In this document: positions 54,160 to 63,595 of the stretch, piece by piece | Layout of the letters: each line of letters starts with the position of its first letter | Position numbering within the stretch: position 1 is the first letter of the stretch | From: a virus | Lineage: Duplodnaviria > Caudoviricetes | Length of the DNA: 64,000 nt | Strand: one strand, 5' to 3' | Virus record (IMG/VR): IMGVR_UViG_3300020172_000524 | Location: 12,652 to 76,651 of that record | Notes under the pieces: model-generated | Told to the model about the DNA's origin: nothing | What the model saw: the letters and a program-made list of their open reading frames with translations, nothing else | Databases searched by the model: none | Position numbers and translations under genes: made by a program

Positions 54160-54852
54160 TTATTTTGTTTTGGTTACTTCTTCTGTGTAATAGGAGTCAA
54201 TAGACTGACATACTAAGTTAAGGTCATTAGGGATTAAAGTTTCTGAGAACATATCCATTGGGCTCTTAGCAGGATAGTTGCGGAAACGGTTAGTCACAAA
54301 ATGATAAGTTGCATTCTCGTCTTTATCTTCACCTACGTGGGTATAAAGTGCGATTGTAAACAATCCTTCGAGAACAATCTGATTGTCTAACGCTTTACCG
54401 ATAGTCTTAATCTTCTGACCTACGATATGTCCATCATCCTCAATTGTTTCGCTGTGAGTGATGTAGAATACTTTAAGGTCATTACGAAGCTTACGAGCAG
54501 TAGTAAGCATGTTAGTTACGTCTTTAGCCAAGTTAACAAACTTACCAAAGCCTACTTCGTTAGCTTTCTTCATCATAAGAAATGACATAGAGTAGATAGC
54601 ATCATCCATTACGATAGTCTTAATGTGTGATGCTTTCTCGCTAATCTGTTGTAATAAAGTAGTGATTTGGTTGATGTCGTCTACTTCCATGTAATTCTTA
54701 GATTCTAGGTTGTAGAGTTTCTCAGCTCCTTTGAAAGGCAATTCTTTCCTTGCTACGTTAATAATAAAGGTTTCTTTTGGGTCTAGAGTCCTGATAGAGG
54801 TAGATTTACCTGTACCTGAGGGACCTACAATTGCGATTAGTTTTGATGACAT
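54160..54852 (-). CDS. AAA_24/Sak4-like P-loop ATPase
   Basis: Walker A GPSGTGKS, Walker B IVMDD, ITH and PAKSP. Confidence 0.8.
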   Translation of the reverse strand: MSSKLIAIVGPSGTGKSTSIRTLDPKETFIINVARKELPFKGAEKLYNLESKNYMEVDDINQITTLLQQISEKASHIKTIVMDDAIYSMSFLMMKKANEVGFGKFVNLAKDVTNMLTTARKLRNDLKVFYITHSETIEDDGHIVGQKIKTIGKALDNQIVLEGLFTIALYTHVGEDKDENATYHFVTNRFRNYPAKSPMDMFSETLIPNDLNLVCQSIDSYYTEEVTKTK

Positions 54853-54860
54853 ATTGTTTT

Positions 54861-55184
54861 TTATTTTACTTTGTTTTCTTCTATGTTGTCTACAATATCA
54901 CCTAGTGTATCCCAACCAAAGTTGGCTACAAAGTGTACTGCTGCTCGGAAACAATTCATAATACTTTTCTCAGGGTCTTCTAACAGCTCTTCTCTCATAG
55001 CTTCGTTGTTAAAAAGTTCTTCTGACATCCATACAATGTATTGGTTCTCTTGTTGCTCTGTCCAGGTATGTTTATCATACCATTCATCTTCTTTGAAGTC
55101 TATAGTTTCGTAATCTACGTTGATTACTTCACACATCTTCCGTATGAGTTGTACTAAATAGGGGTTCTTTTCTTCTTCGATCAT
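54861..55184 (-). CDS. Hypothetical acidic protein
   Basis: 107 aa; W..HTWT..Q..W..FGW pattern, similar to 63311-63595. Confidence 0.6.
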   Translation of the reverse strand: MIEEEKNPYLVQLIRKMCEVINVDYETIDFKEDEWYDKHTWTEQQENQYIVWMSEELFNNEAMREELLEDPEKSIMNCFRAAVHFVANFGWDTLGDIVDNIEENKVK

Positions 55185-55186
55185 TT

Positions 55187-56302
55187 TTAATGTTTTGCTT
55201 TTCTTAAAAAATTCTCATAGTGATTAGCTGTAGGGCTATTCATCTCTTGGGGTCTAGGTAACTCTTCAAATTCTCCGTTAGCTCCATTAAAGTATAGACC
55301 TATGCTTGAGTTTTCTAAGCCAAAGTATCTATCTTTTAGAAATTTAAGGGATCTGTAGTGGTTACCGAGTAATGATACATCATAGCCATTGTGTGTGCCT
55401 ATGTTGTATCTAGCAGGACTAAACAAACCTATTACTACTTCGTAGTCTTGGTGTACACCTTTATTGATGTGAAGCTCCTCCATTGAGGGTTCTAGCTTCT
55501 CTTCCATAAGTTGACCTTTGTAAGTGTAGGTTTGCTTTTCTGAAGCTGGTGTTTGTTGGTGGACGATTACATTAACCATCTTAAAACGCTTAGAAAATAT
55601 ATCAAGGACATAATCCTTAATCATAAAGTCAAACGTTTGATAAGATGATAACTTCATCTTAGTGTCAGGAGCTAGCTCATTAGATAAAAGACTAATATGA
55701 TCTAATACAAAGAACACCCACAAGTCATCTGACTTATAAGTATAACCTGTTATTATACGCTTACCTTCTTCTATTTCTTTGTAGGTGTATTCTCCTATCT
55801 CAGGATTCTCGAAGTACGCTTTTACGTACTTAGCCATACCTGTGGGATTTCTGATATAGTCAACTACCTCTACTGACTTCTCTAGTGTGTTGATGAACTT
55901 CTCTCCTTGCTTTACCTTTTCTAGTAGTTCGCTACTTAAAGTATAATTACCTACTGATTTAAGTTGAGATACACTGATTGTAATACGGTGTTTCTCATAC
56001 ATATACATAGATAGGAATGATAGCCAAAAGTCTGTAGCACTTTCCTCTAAGGCAAAATAGAAGATCTTAGGAACTATGTTTGTGTTCTGTGTCTTCTTCA
56101 TGATGTTAAGGATAGTCATGTATTTAGCAAACTTTGACTTACCTACACCTGAAGCAGCAGTTAAACAAGTAATAGAACCTTTAGTAAATCCTCCATAATG
56201 TTCTGATAAACGAGGAAATGGAGGAGGGATAGCTGTTAAGCCACCTGTCTCTTTAATAATCTTGTTACCCTCAATCTGACTTATTAACTTTTCAAAGTTC
56301 AT
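55187..56302 (-). CDS. DnaB-like (SF4) replicative helicase
   Basis: AASGVGKS, FALEES, VLDHIS, HQQ and LKDRYFG motifs. Confidence 0.8.
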   Translation of the reverse strand: MNFEKLISQIEGNKIIKETGGLTAIPPPFPRLSEHYGGFTKGSITCLTAASGVGKSKFAKYMTILNIMKKTQNTNIVPKIFYFALEESATDFWLSFLSMYMYEKHRITISVSQLKSVGNYTLSSELLEKVKQGEKFINTLEKSVEVVDYIRNPTGMAKYVKAYFENPEIGEYTYKEIEEGKRIITGYTYKSDDLWVFFVLDHISLLSNELAPDTKMKLSSYQTFDFMIKDYVLDIFSKRFKMVNVIVHQQTPASEKQTYTYKGQLMEEKLEPSMEELHINKGVHQDYEVVIGLFSPARYNIGTHNGYDVSLLGNHYRSLKFLKDRYFGLENSSIGLYFNGANGEFEELPRPQEMNSPTANHYENFLRKAKH

Positions 56303-56304
56303 AA

Positions 56305-56853
56305 TTAGAGGATTTGGTGACTATTGTAAGCAGGTCCTGTACCATTTTTGAGTTCTTCACACCACTTAGCTAAGTCGCTTTGATCTACTCCGTCTACTTT
56401 CTTAAAGATAAAGTAACCACACTCTCTGATGAATTTAATACTTCCTTGCTGCTTAAGCGTACTAATATACAGATCGGTGGCTTGTGAGATCTCTTCGAGA
56501 GTGTAATCATACTCAGATAAAAACTTAATCAATCTTTTAACTACGCTAGACTTATCAGTTGTTTTACCTGATACTCCTAGATTCTTAGCACTGAACTTAG
56601 AAATAAAATCAGCTAACCATGTAGGAGGAATACTTAAGTCTCTATTAGGAGCAGTGTTTATGTGTGTAGTCTTTAATTTCTCAAGAGCAGATAACTCACC
56701 AACAGACTCAGTTACATCAAGATCTTGTAGTGCTTTAGGAGTCCAACTGTAAGTTGTTCCATTAAACAGAAGTTTCTCTTCGTAAATCCATCTGTCTATC
56801 ATCTTTTCCTGTTTGGCTAGTGCCCATAGTACTTCGTAGAATGTCTTTTTCAT
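56305..56853 (-). CDS. Hypothetical protein upstream of helicase (possible loader/initiator)
   Basis: 182 aa; position only. Confidence 0.55.
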   Translation of the reverse strand: MKKTFYEVLWALAKQEKMIDRWIYEEKLLFNGTTYSWTPKALQDLDVTESVGELSALEKLKTTHINTAPNRDLSIPPTWLADFISKFSAKNLGVSGKTTDKSSVVKRLIKFLSEYDYTLEEISQATDLYISTLKQQGSIKFIRECGYFIFKKVDGVDQSDLAKWCEELKNGTGPAYNSHQIL

Positions 56854-57043
56854 CTGTTTCTTTTATTAAATTAAAGTTTACACCTGCAAATATTTCCTTC
56901 GAATTAATCTTAGGCGGGTCTACAAAGATAAGCGAATCTTCCTCTTTTTCCAAGTCAATTTGGTCTTCCAACCACATTTTTTTCATAAAAAGAAAGCCTG
57001 GATGTGACTCCAGGCTATCTCCATAGTGTTCTATTTCTGTCAT
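56762..57043 (-). CDS. Hypothetical protein
   Basis: 93 aa; starts immediately after the peptidase stop. Confidence 0.45.
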   Translation of the reverse strand: MTEIEHYGDSLESHPGFLFMKKMWLEDQIDLEKEEDSLIFVDPPKINSKEIFAGVNFNLIKETDEKDILRSTMGTSQTGKDDRQMDLRRETSV

Positions 57044-58492
57044 TTACATGTCTGCTATTTCTTGGAAATCAATTTTACCTTTTATACACTCTTGAATCTT
57101 AGATTCTACGTAGTCTTGGTCTTCCGCAACTACGTTAAATACGCTTTCACATTCATGACAACAGGTGTGTAGTAAAAGATCATTAGTAATTACTAGACCA
57201 TTTTCGGTGTAACAATGAGGGCAGATGTCATCCATAATCATTTCATCAAGTAAATCTTGACTTACTGCTCTAACTGTAGGGAAGAAAACAGAATAAGACT
57301 TAAGTTCCTCTCTGATTTTTGGATCTGTGTACTCAGGATAGCATTCCATAATCCACTCATTGTAGGTTTCATACTCTTTGTCTTTTTCTAGTTCTGCTTC
57401 ATCTATCATTTCAGAAGGCATTTCTCTACTCCAATAGGTAGATTGTTTGCCTACTTTAGATCCAGTAGAAGCTGATGGCTCAAAAGGATCTATAATTTTA
57501 GGTTTAGATTCTACCCAGTCTCCAGCTACTGCATCATAGTACCAATCATTGTCATCAGCATCAAACATATGAATTTGACGACCACCATAACCAAGAGGAG
57601 TAGATGTAGATTTAACTTTAGATCCTCCGTAGGGAAGTTCTGACCTAGAGTATATAGGAAATGTAAGAGGAATGTTTCTATCAGCAAGCATAGTAAGCAT
57701 CTCATAAGCAAAGCTAAAAGCGTTGATAAGAAGACCTACACTAGCTATCTCGGTATCTGAGTGCTCGTTAAAGTAACCACATGATAAGTTATGTGAAGAA
57801 ACTTTAAGTCCTCTTTTACGTAGACCACCGACATCAGTTGCTGTACCTGAGTTAAGAGTGTAACCATACTTTTCCATCAAAGGTTGGATTAGTTCATAAT
57901 GATCGTGACTAAAAGTCTGAACTCCATTAGTAAACTTAATAAAGTCATTGGTGTAAGACCTACGATCCAGCTGAGTAACCACTAGTGAGTTGTCAAAGAA
58001 AGACATATCACAGCAATTAGTACCTACAATTCCTCGTTCTTCGCCATAAGGTAAGAAAACTTTACATACAGGCATCATTTTAAGCATCTGAATAGCAAAG
58101 CATACACCTACTGAATCATCTAGACCTAAGCCACATTGTTCACCTGTTGCATCATCAAAGCCAAAAATCCACTGATCTGTTTTAAAGATACGCATACCTA
58201 CATGGTAATCTTGAGCTGTGTCATAGTGAGCTACAATAGTAGGGTAGAACTCAGCTTCTCCTTTAGTGCAATAAATATTCCCTCCCTTTTCTACTATTGT
58301 TACACCTTCTATCTTAGAAATCAATTCTACAAGCCAATCTTTCTTTAATCTCTCCATTTCTGGTTGATAAGTAGGACTTTGCTGATACATGATGTCAAAC
58401 AATAGATCGAAATCTACGGGGAAATCTCCTTTAATAGTGTGGTCTATACTTTCTAGTCGGTTAACGTAACTGCTAACATAAGATTTTGTCAT
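57044..58492 (-). CDS. M28/M20-clan dimetal peptidase with C-terminal Zn ribbon
   Basis: AHYDT, GLDDSVG, GEERG, QLDR and GYFNEHS motifs; CPHC..CHEC near the C-terminus. Confidence 0.8.
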   Translation of the reverse strand: MTKSYVSSYVNRLESIDHTIKGDFPVDFDLLFDIMYQQSPTYQPEMERLKKDWLVELISKIEGVTIVEKGGNIYCTKGEAEFYPTIVAHYDTAQDYHVGMRIFKTDQWIFGFDDATGEQCGLGLDDSVGVCFAIQMLKMMPVCKVFLPYGEERGIVGTNCCDMSFFDNSLVVTQLDRRSYTNDFIKFTNGVQTFSHDHYELIQPLMEKYGYTLNSGTATDVGGLRKRGLKVSSHNLSCGYFNEHSDTEIASVGLLINAFSFAYEMLTMLADRNIPLTFPIYSRSELPYGGSKVKSTSTPLGYGGRQIHMFDADDNDWYYDAVAGDWVESKPKIIDPFEPSASTGSKVGKQSTYWSREMPSEMIDEAELEKDKEYETYNEWIMECYPEYTDPKIREELKSYSVFFPTVRAVSQDLLDEMIMDDICPHCYTENGLVITNDLLLHTCCHECESVFNVVAEDQDYVESKIQECIKGKIDFQEIADM

Positions 58493-58516
58493 TTTTGTTT
58501 TGTTTTAGTTTGTTTT

Positions 58517-60610
58517 TTAAATAAGGAATTGTTGTTCATCTTGTAAATCTTCCTCCATTTCTTCTGGTTCTAATTCTACTTCTTCTTGGACTGTTTCGTT
58601 AATCTGTGCTAGTGATGAAGATACTGAAGATCCATCTATACTTATACTTGAACCAGTAGAATTAAGATAAGTTAAAGCTGGAGTAAGATTAAATGTACCA
58701 GTTGTTCCAGAACTACTTGTAATGAATGTATACCCACTTTCTGCTTGAGCACGTGCTTCTGCTTCTCTTCTAGCGTTACCTTCTGCTATCATTCTTTGAA
58801 GTTCTTCTTGTAATCTTCTGTCAGCTTCCTGAGAGTCATAAGCGTCTTCAGGGATGTTTGGATCTCTCTTGTGATAGAAACGACTTCCGTCAGTAAAGTA
58901 AAAGTCTTCATCTAGGATAAAATATCCGAAATTATTTTCATACTCTCTGAGTTGTTCGTCATTTATATGAGCATAATATCCATTATTTAGTCTAAGAGAT
59001 CTACATGTAAGGATAGTTTGATTATCATAGGTTTCTACTGTGTCATCTTCTATAGTAACATAAGAATCGTCTACTTCACAATAAATATAACAATCACTGC
59101 AAGAATGAGAATCTGAATGATCACCTGCAGTAATATAAGTTGAGTCATCTTCGTTCATCTCATGTCCACAGATGCAACATTCTAGTATTTCATTAGAGTT
59201 GTAGCGACTAAAGCAACCTCCAGTAGATCTAAACTGCCAATACTCATCCCTAAGATGTTGGTTTGTCAGAAGCATTCTATGAGGGTCGTAGTTACAAAGA
59301 GTGTCTACATAAGGAAACTGATTGATACCTGTTAAGTCAATGTTTAAGGAGAAGTTCCTATTTGATTGAAATAAAGTTTCATAACCAGCTCCTATTAGTG
59401 TGTTTTTAAGCAAGTTATGAGTCTCATCGTTTGAATAATAGATGCGGTCAAACATAAACTTACCTTCAATGTTCCACATAATAGAACGAGCAGCAATCTT
59501 ATTTGATCTTTTAAGTACAGCCATCTTTACTTTCTCTGGGTACTTAGTGTAGATTTGGAAATATCTTTGACAGTTTTGGTAACGCATACAAGAATTACCT
59601 AGAGTACCTGAGTGTAGATAGTAGTTATTTTCGTGGTAAGCGTCTTTAATATCTTCTCCCTCGATAATCTGAAATTCATACAAAGGATTAGAGACAGTAA
59701 TCAAAGAGGCATATGCTTCTGCAAATGCAGTAACCTCTCTATCTGAGTACTTGTCTGCAAATAACCTACGTACAATCTTACCTATAGAAGTGTGATAACG
59801 CTTCTTAAAGTTCCATACCTCTTTAACAGTCAATGAAGTGTCCTCAAACTCTACTGCTAAGAGTCTTTCCCAGTTATTTGAATTTAAAATAACACCATTA
59901 GTAGTTAACGTAAAACCATCTGCTCCTCTAGTTCTTGAGTTTTGAATACGTAATGTTCCTGCTTCGTGTGAAAGATAAGTCTGTTTAAAACTAAAAGAAT
60001 AAGTTTTAGTTGGAGAATCGTCCCAGAATTCTTGAATAAAGTATACATCAGCGTCTTCTGTACGTTCAATAGGATACAATCTGTCGCCTAGGTGTCTTGC
60101 AGTCAACTTTAAGGTAAATACCATCATCATATCTTGTGCTGTAGAATTCTCTGTAATGTGTTCTCTGCTTCTACGTCTACTTCTCTGTAAATAGAATTTA
60201 GCAACAGTTCCAGGACGAATCATCTCCATTGTGGTTTCTTGTCCTGCAAGTCTTTCTTCACGGTCTTTATCTAGATAAGAAATCTTAGTATAGTCCGCTT
60301 GAGATAAACCTAGATAGTTACAATACTTACCTTCTAAAGGAACATACTTAAGATTTAGAATGTCTTCAGCTACTGCTTTTGCTTGCTCGCTACAGTTACT
60401 GGAGAGTAATCTAGTTAAGCGAGTCTTTAGATCTTTGTGTAATACAAATTTGTCTCTTGTTATCCTTACTCGTCTTTTAGGTAAGCTACCAAGTGAGTTA
60501 GCAGATACTTGTAAGGTATTTGCTGTTTCCATAAACTCCATTGAAAATGGATCATCGGGGATTAGAGCTGCAATTAGCTCTTGTGGTTCTTGTGGTTGTG
60601 AATTAGGCAT
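58517..60610 (-). CDS. Large hypothetical protein (SCM/DRIY/PYxD family) with Cys-rich repeats
   Basis: LGNSCMRY..AARSIMW..FDRIY..FPYVDT; CCICG and CSDC units. Confidence 0.65.
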   Translation of the reverse strand: MPNSQPQEPQELIAALIPDDPFSMEFMETANTLQVSANSLGSLPKRRVRITRDKFVLHKDLKTRLTRLLSSNCSEQAKAVAEDILNLKYVPLEGKYCNYLGLSQADYTKISYLDKDREERLAGQETTMEMIRPGTVAKFYLQRSRRRSREHITENSTAQDMMMVFTLKLTARHLGDRLYPIERTEDADVYFIQEFWDDSPTKTYSFSFKQTYLSHEAGTLRIQNSRTRGADGFTLTTNGVILNSNNWERLLAVEFEDTSLTVKEVWNFKKRYHTSIGKIVRRLFADKYSDREVTAFAEAYASLITVSNPLYEFQIIEGEDIKDAYHENNYYLHSGTLGNSCMRYQNCQRYFQIYTKYPEKVKMAVLKRSNKIAARSIMWNIEGKFMFDRIYYSNDETHNLLKNTLIGAGYETLFQSNRNFSLNIDLTGINQFPYVDTLCNYDPHRMLLTNQHLRDEYWQFRSTGGCFSRYNSNEILECCICGHEMNEDDSTYITAGDHSDSHSCSDCYIYCEVDDSYVTIEDDTVETYDNQTILTCRSLRLNNGYYAHINDEQLREYENNFGYFILDEDFYFTDGSRFYHKRDPNIPEDAYDSQEADRRLQEELQRMIAEGNARREAEARAQAESGYTFITSSSGTTGTFNLTPALTYLNSTGSSISIDGSSVSSSLAQINETVQEEVELEPEEMEEDLQDEQQFLI

Positions 60611-60630
60611 ATTTTAGTTGGTTTAGTTTA

Positions 60631-60659
60631 AAACAAAAAAGCACCCCTAGAGGTGCTTT
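60631..60659 (-). terminator. Intrinsic terminator
   Basis: Minus strand AAAGCACC-tctagg-GGTGCTTT-TTTGTTT. Confidence 0.75.
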
Positions 60660-60679
60660 CATTAAATTTTCTTTTTAAT

Positions 60680-60877
60680 TTAAATTTGTTCTGGTGTTTT
60701 TTCGCTGTCTTTTTTGTAACGATGAGCTAGCAGTAAGTTTTTTTCTCCTAAAGCTTTTTTAAATTCTGTGTCTCTTTCTTTCTCTGAGTAGAACTTGTAG
60801 TCTTCGTTCTTTTTCATTGTCTTTACAATCAGATGGAATTCTATGACTGTACCTTCTTCGCTTAACGTATACTCCAT
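60680..60877 (-). CDS. Hypothetical protein
   Basis: 65 aa; TAATG-coupled to the upstream small ORF. Confidence 0.55.
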   Translation of the reverse strand: MEYTLSEEGTVIEFHLIVKTMKKNEDYKFYSEKERDTEFKKALGEKNLLLAHRYKKDSEKTPEQI

Positions 60878-61026
60878 TATTCAAAGATAGCACATAAATC
60901 TACTACAATCCCTATTAACAGGGAGAATACGGAGACAAAGAGAAGAGAGAATGCGAAGAACTCGTTACTACTCATACAGTTAGTGTTCTTAAGCTTTCTT
61001 CCAATATTTTTACATGCTTTTCTCAT
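60877..61026 (-). CDS. 49-aa single-TM membrane protein missed by the ORF track
   Basis: MRKACKNIGRKLKNTNCMSSNEFFAFSLLFVSVFSLLIGIVVDLCAIFE*; fills the gap and overlaps both neighbours. Confidence 0.6.
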   Translation of the reverse strand: MRKACKNIGRKLKNTNCMSSNEFFAFSLLFVSVFSLLIGIVVDLCAIFE

Positions 61027-61231
61027 TGATGTGCTGTTTTACTTCTTTCCAAAATAAAACTGCATTATGTACAGTTTTGTTGTTTAGATAATTATCCATG
61101 TCTCTGTACTCAGCAATGATCTTATCTAGGGTATAATTAGCAATCTGCTTAAATCGGTAGTGGTCCATTTGAAAACCTAAAGTCTTCTTGATTTCCACTT
61201 CTATAGCTTCTGCTTGTTGTTTGGGACTCAT
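61010..61231 (-). CDS. Hypothetical protein
   Basis: 73 aa; FWKEVKQHI-type C-terminus. Confidence 0.6.
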   Translation of the reverse strand: MSPKQQAEAIEVEIKKTLGFQMDHYRFKQIANYTLDKIIAEYRDMDNYLNNKTVHNAVLFWKEVKQHINEKSM

Positions 61232-61235
61232 GTTA

Positions 61236-61243
61236 CAAATATA
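61236..61243 (-). promoter_or_regulatory. -7 promoter element 4 nt before ATG
   Basis: Minus strand TATATTTG-taac-ATG within an 18-nt intergenic gap. Confidence 0.55.
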
Positions 61244-61249
61244 AGTTAG

Positions 61250-61651
61250 TTAAAGCTTTTCTGCCTTCTCTTCGAATCTATATTTTAACTCTTCTTTAAA
61301 AATCTCTTTGTAAAAATCAGAGAGTTGGTATTGAGTCTTTAGTATAGCTTCTATGTGATCGAAGTCTAAGTCTTTAATAGGTTTGTAGACTAAGGGTTGT
61401 CTTCCGTCTATACCTCTAGTACCCCAATGAACAGCAGATCTTCTTGTTAAATGTGAGCCATCGTCATAGACGCTTAGCTCTTCGTAAGTTCCTACATGTC
61501 TTCTAAGATAATCTGTTCCTCCATCTACCATAAGAACTTCTTTAGTGATAGTATCCTTGTAAGTCACATAATCATGACGATTATAAGAAGTAAGGATAGT
61601 ACCATCTGGTGTTTTAATCCTGTTTAAAAGGATCTTGTTTTCCGTAGTCAT
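61250..61651 (-). CDS. Conserved phage hypothetical protein (RHDY..VDGG..YLRR family)
   Basis: SYNRHDYV..MVDGGTDYLRR..WGTRG motifs. Confidence 0.65.
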   Translation of the reverse strand: MTTENKILLNRIKTPDGTILTSYNRHDYVTYKDTITKEVLMVDGGTDYLRRHVGTYEELSVYDDGSHLTRRSAVHWGTRGIDGRQPLVYKPIKDLDFDHIEAILKTQYQLSDFYKEIFKEELKYRFEEKAEKL

Positions 61652-62096
61652 AAGTTAGTATATAAGCTGGTTTAATTGTTGTTGTGATGCTTCCGTTGAT
61701 ATCAACTGTTTCACTCTTACACTCATAGGTTTTGAACTTGTAACCTGCTTTAGTAAAGAAGTTAAGCGAAGTTAAGTTATTCGCTTTAACTCTTGTAATT
61801 ACAGTTACAAATTCTTTTGTCTCTTCATAGATAGATTTAATAACATAATCTATGAGAAAACTTGCATAACCTTGTCTTTGATACTTTTCTGCTACATGAA
61901 TAAAGTTAATACGATAGCATTCTTTCTTCTTTCTCATTAACATTACAGCTACTATATCTAGTCCGTCTTGGATAGCATGTACTGTTAAATTAGGGTCATT
62001 AAATGACTTGTCCGTAAATTGTACTCCGAAATGATCTGTAATAAACTGAAAGTATTTAAGATCTTTTCTGTTGTAATAAGAAATTTGAGTTAGCAT
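61614..62096 (-). CDS. GNAT family N-acetyltransferase (start revised from 62153)
   Basis: IHVAEKYQRQGYAS acetyl-CoA motif A; N..SLNFFTKAGY. Confidence 0.85.
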   Translation of the reverse strand: MLTQISYYNRKDLKYFQFITDHFGVQFTDKSFNDPNLTVHAIQDGLDIVAVMLMRKKKECYRINFIHVAEKYQRQGYASFLIDYVIKSIYEETKEFVTVITRVKANNLTSLNFFTKAGYKFKTYECKSETVDINGSITTTIKPAYILTYDYGKQDPFKQD

Positions 62097-62292
62097 AAAT
62101 AGTTTTAGTTTCGTGTTTATAGATAGCTCGTTTGTAAAGTTCTCTAAAAGCAAATCTAGTAAGACCTAAACGATTTCCTGCTCTTTCATAGCTGTACCCT
62201 AGTTCATCTCTTAGGATAAGAGCAGCATATTGTCTAGGAGTATAGCCTTTTAGGTCTAGTTTGAGAGGGGTGCTTTGATCGGGGGATGACAT
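62056..62292 (-). CDS. Sigma-70 region-4-like HTH protein
   Basis: YTPRQYAALILRDELGYSYERAGNRLGLT. Confidence 0.65.
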   Translation of the reverse strand: MSSPDQSTPLKLDLKGYTPRQYAALILRDELGYSYERAGNRLGLTRFAFRELYKRAIYKHETKTIYANSNFLLQQKRS

Positions 62293-63314
62293 AAGTAGTT
62301 TTCTAGAACAAAATCATTAATAGAACCACAAAAGATTCCGTCTCTAACATGTACAGTGGGTAATGGATAGGGTGTCCTTGTAATCTGTTCTTGGGCTTGT
62401 TCAATGTGATTAAGATAAAGATGAGTATCACCTAGATTACCTATCAATTGGTCAGGTATCATGTTAACCTCATCAGCAAGAATAGCCAACAACAGGGCAT
62501 AAGAAGCAATATTAAAAGGAAGACCTAAGAATGCATCTACTGAGCGCTGGGACCACATTAAAGAGATTGCTCTAGTTGGAACATTATTCTCATCCATCTC
62601 CTGAACAATGTGGTCATGATGCATGTGAGAACCTATCTTGTTTCCATACCAATTGAATCTTTCACTTTCACTTAACTCTCTTGTATAAACTTGAAACCCA
62701 TAATGACATGGAGGAAGTACCATTTGATCTAATTCACTTACATTCCAAGCTGAAACTATTAGTCGTCTTGAGTCTGGATTAGTTTTAAGCTCTTCAATTA
62801 GGTTTGCAATTTGGTCAACACTACCAACTGACCAGTCTTCTTGGTATTCTGTATTTGTATTGGTTGTTTCCCAATCTCTCCATTGCTTACCATAGATAGG
62901 ACCTAATTCACCCCACTTCTTAGCAAACTCATCATCTGTTTTAATAGCATTAATAAACTGTTCTTGAGTAAGAGGAGGCATGTTTTCTTTTTGCCACTTA
63001 TTTAAATCCTCAGAGACTACTTCGTAGTGTTTTAAATAGTTCTTAAACGCATCACCATTCCAGATATGACAATCATTGTCAACTAAGTATTTGATGTTAG
63101 TATCACCCTTTAAAAACCATAGTAGTTCAGTAACCATTGTCTTCCAAGCCATCTTCTTAGTGGTAAGAAGAGGAAAACCCCAACTCATGTTGTGTCTAAA
63201 AGTGTAACCAAACATAGACTTAGTACCTGTGCCAGTTCTGTCTTTCTTAACTACTCCGTAGTCTAATATAGCCTGAAGTAATTCTTGGTATTGTGCATCT
63301 ACTGGATTGCTCAT
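62256..63314 (-). CDS. thyA: Thymidylate synthase
   Basis: DRTGTGT, ELLWF, GPIYGKQWR, SRR, LPPCH, QRSVD..GLPFN and HLYLNH motifs. Confidence 0.95.
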   Translation of the reverse strand: MSNPVDAQYQELLQAILDYGVVKKDRTGTGTKSMFGYTFRHNMSWGFPLLTTKKMAWKTMVTELLWFLKGDTNIKYLVDNDCHIWNGDAFKNYLKHYEVVSEDLNKWQKENMPPLTQEQFINAIKTDDEFAKKWGELGPIYGKQWRDWETTNTNTEYQEDWSVGSVDQIANLIEELKTNPDSRRLIVSAWNVSELDQMVLPPCHYGFQVYTRELSESERFNWYGNKIGSHMHHDHIVQEMDENNVPTRAISLMWSQRSVDAFLGLPFNIASYALLLAILADEVNMIPDQLIGNLGDTHLYLNHIEQAQEQITRTPYPLPTVHVRDGIFCGSINDFVLENYLCHPPIKAPLSN

Positions 63315-63595
63315 ATATTATAGTCTGTGTATTTAAGTCCCCATTGTAGGTTAAACCAGGTCATTTCTTTCTCTGCTAGTTTCTTATTCATTTTAAGGTT
63401 AGTACGTAGGTAAGCTATACCCCATGCTCTCCATTCTTCTGATTGAGCAACTGTCATAGTCCATTGAGTAAACCAATCATCTTTGCGGCCTTTAATGTCC
63501 TCAAAAGTGACTTCATGACCTGCAATAACAAACATCTGATTGATGATGTCAATTACTGCTTGTTCTCTTTTTTGTTCTCTTGTTGTGCGTGCCAT
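63311..63595 (-). CDS. Hypothetical protein
   Basis: 94 aa; ATGA overlap with thyA. Confidence 0.6.
   Translation of the reverse strand: MARTTREQKREQAVIDIINQMFVIAGHEVTFEDIKGRKDDWFTQWTMTVAQSEEWRAWGIAYLRTNLKMNKKLAEKEMTWFNLQWGLKYTDYNI

Noticed and set aside
47231-56302. Inteins or self-splicing introns in polA, primase or helicase
   Set aside because: Normal protein lengths and contiguous motifs; no C..HN or LAGLIDADG signatures seen
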